This document shows positions 7,054 to 14,900 of a stretch of DNA of 15,639 bases, in pieces. The DNA lies in the NCBI GenBank assembly GCA_030753015.1, contig JASMDC010000062.1, forward strand, positions 1 through 15,639, given 5' to 3'. Position numbers and translations under genes: made by a program. The DNA comes from Candidatus Undinarchaeales archaeon. Lineage in GTDB: Archaea > SpSt-1190 > JASMDC01. The notes under the pieces are model-generated. The model saw only the letters and a list, made by a program, of their open reading frames with translations, did not search any database and was not told where the DNA came from. Position 1 is the stretch's first letter. Every line of letters begins with the position of its first letter.

Positions 7054-8873
7054 CCCGTGCACTCAGAGCGGGCGCTGACGTGCTCTATCTTGCCGCCGAC
7101 CTTCTCGATGAGGAGCGGTTTCATCTCGATATCAAGTGTGGTGGATTTCTCGACATCGATGATGAGGACCCGGGCCGAGACCTTGTACTGGGGGCGGCCG
7201 AGATCGTCCTCGGACGGCACGGTGAGGACTATGTACCGCCCAGGGTTGAGCTGGGGCGTGGTGTACTTCCCATCACGGTCCACTCCCACTTTCACGATGG
7301 GTCCAAGGTCATCGTGGACCGGCTTGAACAGGATGGTGACGTACCGGGCCGGATTGCCGTCGATGTGGCCGAGCGTGTCCTCACCCATTTCCACGACCTT
7401 ACCGGTGTTGGTGCAGAAGATACGCTTCTTCATGAACACCTTCCCGGTCAGTACCGCGTAGTCCTTGAGCGAGATGGTGGTGCTGAACTGGCGGTCGATC
7501 TTCACCTTATCCACATGCTTGGAGAGCCCCACCGGATCGTTGGACACGACGATGAGGTCCTGTACCTTGCAGGGAACGCCTGCCTGTTTGAGGTGGCTGT
7601 CCATGTAGGAGTAGGAGCATGCGCCGATGTAGATGGTCCCCGCGTTGGAGTTCTTGACGGTGATGTCCACATCGCAAGCGCCTCGGCAAAGATCGTCGAC
7701 GGTGGCGGGATCCATCACGCTCTCATCGGTGGCATTGGTCTGTTCTCCGACCAGCAGCGGTTGGATATAGAACCTGAACTCCAGCGGTCGCTGGCCCTCG
7801 GCACCCTCGCCGCCGATGATGAAGGAGCTCTCGTGGATGTCCCGGAGAGTCCACCGCACCGGGAACTGGGCGGAGTACGATACGGTGTATCGGGACGGGC
7901 ACAACCGCGGCTCCGCGCGCCGGTCCATCAGCGGCATCTCGAAGGGCACGTAATAGATAACTTCCGTGCTCTCCCATGTCTTGTCCAGGTAGTCGGCGTC
8001 CTTGTTGGCGATGAAAGTGAAGTTGACGTCCCTGACGTTGAGGTCAGCCGCCCACTCGACGTACTGCTCGCCGCGGAACAGCTCCTTGACCCGCTTGAGC
8101 TCCCGGGCCACGGAGAGCTGGGTGTTCTCGCGCATGGGCGAGATGATCTGCTTGCGGTAGGCGTACACCGTCTGGCTGTCGCAGTCCACGTTGCGCGAGA
8201 TCATCCCCGGCGGTGTGGGGAGTCGCTGGTCCTGGATGATACCATTGAGCAGAGCCTTCTCCATCATACGTTCCTCTGTGTAGTTCTGGATGTAACGCTC
8301 GGCGAGGTCGCGCAGGTACTTGATGCGCAAGGGGAGCTGATTGGAGTACGTGACCGATGTGCGAGCCTCACGCTCGTCGGCTATCAGGCCGATGGGGACG
8401 GACACCTCGGTCTCCACGGCATGGTCATGGAGCTTGACCTTCGCCTTGGGGTACCCGATGGCGAACAGGTCGGTCCTGACCTGGGAGCGGAGGACGTCGA
8501 GCTTTTTACCGAGCCGACGTTCGATCTCGTCGACGAGCATCTCCTCCATCACTTTGGCCGTGGGGATGCTCACGATGCGCCCGCGGTAGTACCAGTGGGG
8601 GATGCCCAGGTGGTTGAGCAACGGTGCGTTCTCTGCTGTATATCCGCCATGACGGCCCATCTCGTCCACTGACTCGTAGATCGAATCGATGAAGAGCGCC
8701 TCTACCGAGCTCTCGAGCTTCACCAGCTCGTCCTTGACCTCGACGGACTCGATCTCCTGGATGTTGAGCTCGCGTGTCTGCTGCTCTCCCGAGAGGATGA
8801 GGTAGAGTACGGCGATGACGACGATGGCGATGGCCGCCAGTGCCATGAGGTTCATCTGACCGCGTCGCGCCAT
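7050..8873 (-). CDS. Large type IV pilin-like protein with class III signal peptide, 607 aa
   Basis: MARRG/Q followed by a long hydrophobic helix (MALAAIAIVVIAVLYLIL), then an MGRHGGY..IPHWYY..IPT segment. The C-terminal DRDGKY..PGRY resembles a carboxypeptidase-regulatory-like beta sandwich. TGATG overlap with the upstream gene. Confidence 0.75.
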   Translation of the reverse strand: MARRGQMNLMALAAIAIVVIAVLYLILSGEQQTRELNIQEIESVEVKDELVKLESSVEALFIDSIYESVDEMGRHGGYTAENAPLLNHLGIPHWYYRGRIVSIPTAKVMEEMLVDEIERRLGKKLDVLRSQVRTDLFAIGYPKAKVKLHDHAVETEVSVPIGLIADEREARTSVTYSNQLPLRIKYLRDLAERYIQNYTEERMMEKALLNGIIQDQRLPTPPGMISRNVDCDSQTVYAYRKQIISPMRENTQLSVARELKRVKELFRGEQYVEWAADLNVRDVNFTFIANKDADYLDKTWESTEVIYYVPFEMPLMDRRAEPRLCPSRYTVSYSAQFPVRWTLRDIHESSFIIGGEGAEGQRPLEFRFYIQPLLVGEQTNATDESVMDPATVDDLCRGACDVDITVKNSNAGTIYIGACSYSYMDSHLKQAGVPCKVQDLIVVSNDPVGLSKHVDKVKIDRQFSTTISLKDYAVLTGKVFMKKRIFCTNTGKVVEMGEDTLGHIDGNPARYVTILFKPVHDDLGPIVKVGVDRDGKYTTPQLNPGRYIVLTVPSEDDLGRPQYKVSARVLIIDVEKSTTLDIEMKPLLIEKVGGKIEHVSARSECTG

Positions 8874-11638
8874 CAGCAGGAACCTCCCTTCATGTTCCGC
8901 CAGTTGCCCGGATTGCCGTGGAGGCGGATGGTGGTCGTGTCCTCTGCCGTCTTACCGCCCACCTCGACACCCACGCTGACCATAAGGTCGGAGTTGGGCA
9001 TCGGCGGGTCGGGACAGAGCTTTACCTCGGAGAGGTGGATGCGGATCCCCTCTGCGGTGGAGACGAGATAGGCGATATCGTCGGAGACGTCGTGCTTGCC
9101 GATCTTGACCGAGAGGTTCTCCTTGCGCACGGACATGGCGCCCTCGATGGACGTGAATATGTCCATGTCGAAGCCCATAGTGGCGAAGAGATAGAAGAGC
9201 GGCTTGTCCTTGGTCCCCGGCGTGGTGCGGGCGATGCGGATGGCGAGCGGCACCTGGTCGACGACCTCGAACTGCTCACTTGTCCTGCCCTCGCGTCCCA
9301 GGGACGAGACGCCCAAGGTGATCGAGTCGGAGCGCTGGACCGTGGCGTTGCGGAAGTTGGCGATGATGGTCCACAGCTCGGAGGTGCGGTCGTAGGTGGT
9401 GGCCACCGAGTAGGCGATGAGCTGGCCCGTGGTCACCGAGAACGCCTCGGGCGGGAGATGTGGCAGCTCTTCCTCGTTGGCGTTCACGATCTTGGCCGTG
9501 AGCTCCACGGTGCCGCCCTTCTGGAGAGTGCCGATGCTCATGGACGCAGGTGTCACCTCGGTGAGCTTGACACCCATGTCCTTCATATCCTCGGGATGCC
9601 ACACCTCGAAAGGCTTGCGTATGACGTGGACGTCACCGCGGTAGCCAACGATGAGGAACAGCTCGTGCTCACCAGGATTGAGACTGCCGGTGAAGCGAGA
9701 CGTGACCTGCCAACCCTCCTCGGGAGAGACATAGATCATGTCGATGGACTCGGCGTCCAGGTTCCCCAGCGAGGCTTCGATGGTTATGTCGGCCCGGTCG
9801 GCGGTGACGAGCTGGTTCTCCACCTGGCCCGTGCGGTAGGAGATGCGGCCCGTGGCTACCAGGTCGAACCCGGCCTCGAGCTCGTTCACGCGGATGCTCT
9901 TGGTGTAGTCTTTATCCTCGATACCCATCTCGAGCCGGAGGTCCTGGCATCCGGAGTGGGTGCACGTCTGGCCAAGCGAACAGGACGAGACAGGCCTGCT
10001 CTCCTTGTCGAGACATACGCATGTCCCAGTGCAGATCTCGCCCAGCTCGACGCAGGAGACTGTCTCGAGCCCGCGTTTAGCCAGGCAGAGGCCGCCCTCG
10101 CGGACGACGATGTAGGCGCTCTCGACGGCCCGTTCGGTACAGCCGTCCTTCGAGCAGCGGTAGCCGAACTCGCAGGCGTCCACCAGGTCGCCCGGATCGT
10201 TGAAGCATAGGCAAGAGGGCACCGACGTGGACGACGGGATGCACACGTCACCCTCAGTGACGCAGGGCAGCTTGAACGTGTCGATGTACATGTAACCGCC
10301 GCGGCAGAGCTCAGCGCGTGGCGAGCGGACCGGGGGCCGCCACTCGTGGATCTCGATCCCGCGGGACGAGACGGCGGTGAGGTCGCCCCCGCTATACACC
10401 TTGGTACGGACGATGTAGCTGCCGTTGGTGAGCGATTCGTCGCTCTCGATCTCGGCGTACCCGCACCCGGGCGCATCGGACTCGCCGACCTTGGTGTTCT
10501 CCTCGTCGAAGAGCTCGAGATCGCAGTAGTCGCCCTGGGCCTCGGTGTACACGCCGATGGTGTCACCGGCCACGTAGCTCTCCTTGTCGGTCTTGGTCTC
10601 GGCGGGAGCGTACCCCCGACCACGGAGGTCGATCGAGAAGGACGCCTGGCCCTTGACCGAGCCAACGAAACCCTCGATGCGCACCAGATACTTGCCCGGT
10701 GTCCAGGCGGTCTGTGTGCCGAGGGGGATGGAAGTGCACTTCCGCAGGGTCATGGTGTCCACACGGATGCCATTCATGTCCAGGATCGAGACGACACATC
10801 CCTCGAGCGCGGGCTCGGAGGAGACCTCGATCATGACCTCATCACCGAGGTTCACGGATGTCACCGATGGCTTTGCCTGGATGAGCAGCTGGGGCCTGGT
10901 GAGCTTGACAGGGATGCGGGCCACCGCCACACCGGCCTTTCGCACTGCCATGACGTACAGGTCGTAGTCACCCTCGGCAACGAACGCGTCCGTTCCCAGG
11001 GAGAACGTCTCGCACCCCACGGAGCTGTCCATCAGGAGAGCACGCTCGTCCTGGGCGAGGGCGGCGACGCACAACTTCCCCTCCATGTGGGGGATGGGAA
11101 GGGCCTGGCCGACCTCAAAGGTGGTGTTCTCCATCTCCAGGGTCGTGTGCTCCGGGGTACCGGACAGCGAGAACGATGCGCCGAAGGGGCGCGCGAGCAC
11201 GTCAGTGACGATTGTCATGTGGGTTGGGTACTTGATCTTGAGCTCGCGGCGCTTGACCCAGATGCCGCTCATGAGGGAGAACTGCTTGGGCTCATAGCTC
11301 ACGAAGAGGTCCACCCTGACACGTTCGTCCCCGACCTCGAAACTCTCGACCTTGAGGTCGATGCTCTCGATCATGGAGAACGAGACGGTGCCCGAGTCCA
11401 CCATGATGGACGGGCTGCACGAGCTCACCGAGGAGAGCACCGAGCACCGGCCAGCGATGGCCGACTCCGAGAGCGTCGCTACATAGTAGGGAGGGAGCTT
11501 GTAGGCGATGGAGATGCTGGCCAGCTGGAGGTTGGAGACGTCGACCGTCTCGATAGCACTCTCCGCCTCGAGCCCGACCGCTGGAGAGAGGAGAAGTGAG
11601 ACGAATAAGACCGCTACAATGCGTGAGAGAAGCCGCAT
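8873..11638 (-). CDS. Large secreted beta-sandwich (Ig/macroglobulin-like) protein with central Cys-rich module; paralog of 3344..6067
   Basis: Signal peptide MRLLSRIVAVLFVSLLLSPAVG. ATG 11638 is preceded by GAGGAGG (TTG 11650 is an alternative start). Contains a TDKESYVAGDTI MG2-like motif and aligns by eye end to end with the 3344..6067 product. Confidence 0.88.
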   Translation of the reverse strand: MRLLSRIVAVLFVSLLLSPAVGLEAESAIETVDVSNLQLASISIAYKLPPYYVATLSESAIAGRCSVLSSVSSCSPSIMVDSGTVSFSMIESIDLKVESFEVGDERVRVDLFVSYEPKQFSLMSGIWVKRRELKIKYPTHMTIVTDVLARPFGASFSLSGTPEHTTLEMENTTFEVGQALPIPHMEGKLCVAALAQDERALLMDSSVGCETFSLGTDAFVAEGDYDLYVMAVRKAGVAVARIPVKLTRPQLLIQAKPSVTSVNLGDEVMIEVSSEPALEGCVVSILDMNGIRVDTMTLRKCTSIPLGTQTAWTPGKYLVRIEGFVGSVKGQASFSIDLRGRGYAPAETKTDKESYVAGDTIGVYTEAQGDYCDLELFDEENTKVGESDAPGCGYAEIESDESLTNGSYIVRTKVYSGGDLTAVSSRGIEIHEWRPPVRSPRAELCRGGYMYIDTFKLPCVTEGDVCIPSSTSVPSCLCFNDPGDLVDACEFGYRCSKDGCTERAVESAYIVVREGGLCLAKRGLETVSCVELGEICTGTCVCLDKESRPVSSCSLGQTCTHSGCQDLRLEMGIEDKDYTKSIRVNELEAGFDLVATGRISYRTGQVENQLVTADRADITIEASLGNLDAESIDMIYVSPEEGWQVTSRFTGSLNPGEHELFLIVGYRGDVHVIRKPFEVWHPEDMKDMGVKLTEVTPASMSIGTLQKGGTVELTAKIVNANEEELPHLPPEAFSVTTGQLIAYSVATTYDRTSELWTIIANFRNATVQRSDSITLGVSSLGREGRTSEQFEVVDQVPLAIRIARTTPGTKDKPLFYLFATMGFDMDIFTSIEGAMSVRKENLSVKIGKHDVSDDIAYLVSTAEGIRIHLSEVKLCPDPPMPNSDLMVSVGVEVGGKTAEDTTTIRLHGNPGNWRNMKGGSC

Positions 11639-11665
11639 CTTCCTCCTCAACTGGGAGGGATGTTA

Positions 11666-11684
11666 CTATTTATATGTTTATATG
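11666..11684. promoter_or_regulatory. Shared AT-rich divergent promoter, TTTATATG x2
   Basis: Tandem TTTATATG at 11669-11684 reads TTTATA on + and TATAAA on -. It lies about 30-45 nt from both flanking starts (11638 and 11716). Confidence 0.6.
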
Positions 11685-11715
11685 AAGCAGGGACCCCTAT
11701 TACAGGTGCTCACCA

Positions 11716-11964
11716 ATGTCCTCTGAGAAGATCGAGAAGCTGTGCGGCCTCATACTCGGCGACCTGGACTCCGTCCGGTTCGACGTCCATGATATCCACC
11801 TCGCCCTGAGCAACAAGGACCCCAAGAACAAGGAGGACATGGAGGACATGGAGTTCGGCATCGACATCGCCAACCGCCTCCTTAGTGAGATGGGCAAGAT
11901 CCGGGGTGGGCTAAAGCAGATGCAGGACCTCATCAAGGACGTGGGCAAGGGGCCCCAGGTCTAG
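11716..11964 (+). CDS. Small hypothetical helical/coiled-coil protein, 82 aa
   Basis: Host-like codon bias, upstream TATA, TAG followed by TAA, heptad-like hydrophobic spacing. Confidence 0.75.
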   Translation: MSSEKIEKLCGLILGDLDSVRFDVHDIHLALSNKDPKNKEDMEDMEFGIDIANRLLSEMGKIRGGLKQMQDLIKDVGKGPQV

Positions 11965-11999
11965 TAACCGCTTGGTATACGTGCACGGGGCACGACGCC

Positions 12000-14900
12000 C
12001 TAGACTACCACCGCGTCCCCTTCGACCTCTTCTCCCTCTTCTCCCTCTTCTCCCTCTTCTCGCCAGAGGTGCTCGGCCTCCTCCACTTCGCCCTCACCGA
12101 ACCCTGCCATGAGCAGGAGATTGCGTAGCCAGCGCGTCTCGATATCACCGTGTGCCCGCAGGAATAGCACGCACCACGCGACGTTGTCATCGTACTCCAC
12201 GTCCGCAGGTCGCTCGGCGTGCATGGCCTCGTGAAGGGCGTGCGACCTGAGCGCCTTGATCCGCTCCCGCTCCTTGCGTGGATCGATGACCACCAGCTCT
12301 ACCATTGTCGCCTCTGCCTCCTCCTTGACCACTTCGGCAGTGGCTACCGCAGGCCCGGGCGTCTCGACGGGGGGCCCGATCCCCTCCTTATCCTCAAGGA
12401 CGATCCGTTGCTCGGCGGTATCGACCACAGCATCGTCGACATCGATGATCAACAGCAGCCCGCGGAGCCACTCCAGGTCCACCTTCCTGTAGGTCCTAAG
12501 GAAGGACGTGCACCATGTGACCTCATCCTCCTCCTTCCTCGTCGGCTCCCGGTGCATGGCGCTATGGAGCGCTCGCGTCCTGAGGCGGCGTTCCACTTCT
12601 CCCGGATCACGGTGCGGCGCTTTCTTCTCTGGTTCGGAGGGCGGCCGGTACGGGACGGGCGGAGTGAGAGTCCCAGCGACGAAGGCCGCGGTTGCCACCG
12701 GCGCGACGGCGGGCGCGGGCATGAGCATCTGGCCGGCAAGACCGTGAGGGTAGGGTGCTGCGAGCCCGGCAGCAGCGGCGATTGCATGTCCGGGGGCAAC
12801 AAGCGGTGCGGCAGGCACCTCTTCCATCTCCGTCGGCTCCACGGGCTTGGCGATGAGCGCCGGCCGTGCGATGGGCAGCTCCTCGACCACCTCGACGGTC
12901 TCACGTCTCCGCATGGTGAAGACAGCGACCATACCGGTAGCGATGATGATTGCTAGGACCGCGCCCAGGATAAGCGATGTGGGCGTTCCAGCGGCTGCCG
13001 TCTCGACCGGTGCACAGTCCCCGTCGCTGCATGCCTTTCCATCCGGGCACCCGCAGTCGTCGCAGCATGTCCCGGTGGACTCTCCTGCGTCGCACACTCC
13101 GTCACCGCACACCGGCGCGCAGATGCAGTCGCCCGGGCATGACGAGCATTCCTCACCAGCGTCGCACGTCCCGTCGCCGCACGCGGGCACCGGTGGTCCT
13201 TCCTTCTCCTCTTCGACGATGATGACCGGCCGCTGGTACGTGGTGACATCGCTGATGTCCCTGGCCACGGTATAGGTGAAGGTTATCTCCTGCCCCGGGA
13301 GCAGGTCGACGTCCCATCCGACGACGGGATCGTCCTTGAGCACGACATCAGGAGGCGGATCGAACACGAGTTGGTCGACGCTACCGGCGACGTCCTTTGG
13401 TATTGTCTCTACGATGCGCACTCGCTGTTTCTGAGTATCGCCGCTCTTCTTGACAGTGACGCTGACGGTGGACCTGACGCCGTCGGATGTCTCCCTGACG
13501 GTGACATCGCGTCCGACGCTCACCTCGCGCGTGGCCTCCACGGAGCGCTCGACCATTGCCTTGACCTGGACCGCGGACACAGCGGAACCCGTACCTCCGC
13601 CGGACTGGGCCGCCCTTGATCTCGTGACGAGCGCGGCCACGTCCGCGACCGACTGCCTGACCTCTTCGATCTCCTTCTCTGTCGCGGCCTCGGTCGACGT
13701 GGTTGCCCCCTCGCCCGTGCTGGTCCCGGTCTCTGTTCCAGTCCCAGTGTCCGGAACAGCCTCGTGATGGAAGGATATGGTCCTTTCCTTCTCGACGGTC
13801 ACACAGCTGACTGTGAGCAGATCGCAGACTTCATCCCCGAAGCAGCCGCAGTCAAGACAGCAGTCCTCACCGTCGCTACACGTCCCGTCACCGCAGGTAG
13901 CGCAATCGTCGGTACAGGTGAGCGCCTCACCCGCATCGCACGCCCCGTCGCCGCACACGGTCGGTACCTCGCACCGCCCGAGCAGGACGTTGCACTCGCC
14001 GGTCTCGCACGCGCAATCGGCGCAGCAGTTGATCTGGTCCTCACCACTTGAGCAGATACCGTCGCCACATGCCGCGCAGTCGTCGGGGCATGATCCACCT
14101 GTCTCGTCGATACCGCACGTCCCGTCGCCGCACACGTCGACCGCCCGGCAGAGGTCAAGGTCCGCGTCGCAGGCCTCGCCCTCGGTGCAACCGCAGTCAG
14201 CACAACAGCTCTCGGTCGTCTCGTCGCCGGTGCATAGGCCGTCGCCGCATGTCGTGCAGTCGCCTGGGCATGATGTGGCGTCCTCGCCCTCGTCGCATGA
14301 GCCATCGCCGCAGGCCAACGATTGCATACACCCGGCCAATGTCGCATCACACGTCATGCCGTCCGGGCAGCCGCAGTCCATGCAGCAGGCGGCCTGGCTC
14401 TCGCCGAGAGAGCACGTCCCGTCGCCGCAGGTCGCGCAGTCATCGGGGCACGAGGCTGCGTCCTCGCCGCCATCGCAGCTCCCGTCGCCGCAGGTGGCGC
14501 AGTCGCTCGGGCATGAAGCCAGGCTCTCGTCGCCGGTGCACGCACCATCGCCGCACTGTGTGCAGTCGCCGGGACAGGACGTCACGTCCTCGTCACCGGT
14601 GCACTTGGCGTCACCGCACTCGGCACAGTCGTCCGGGCACGCGTCCACGCTCTCGCGCCCGGTGCATGCGCCGTCCCCGCACTCATGGCACTCGTCATGG
14701 GACACGACGGTGACCGGGACGGTCGTGTCGTTGTACTGCGGTCCGGACCTGGTGTCGTAGGTGCCGTTCACCGCGATCGACGCTGTCGCGTCGGTACACC
14801 GGTCCAGACCTGCGGCCGAGACGGTGAGCACGACCTCCTGGACATCGGAATAATTTCCCAGGTCAGGGTCGTAGTGGTGGAGCCGGTCCACGGGGAAGGA

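Noticed and set aside
3344-11638. Alpha-2-macroglobulin annotation for the paralogs
   Set aside because: Only MG2-like strand motifs are seen. The proteins are shorter than typical A2M and lack a thioester domain motif.
13014-14690. CRISPR-like periodic DNA repeats (CCGTCGCCGCA about every 60 nt)
   Set aside because: They are short, degenerate and explained by CGDG codons in an open frame. No cas genes are present.
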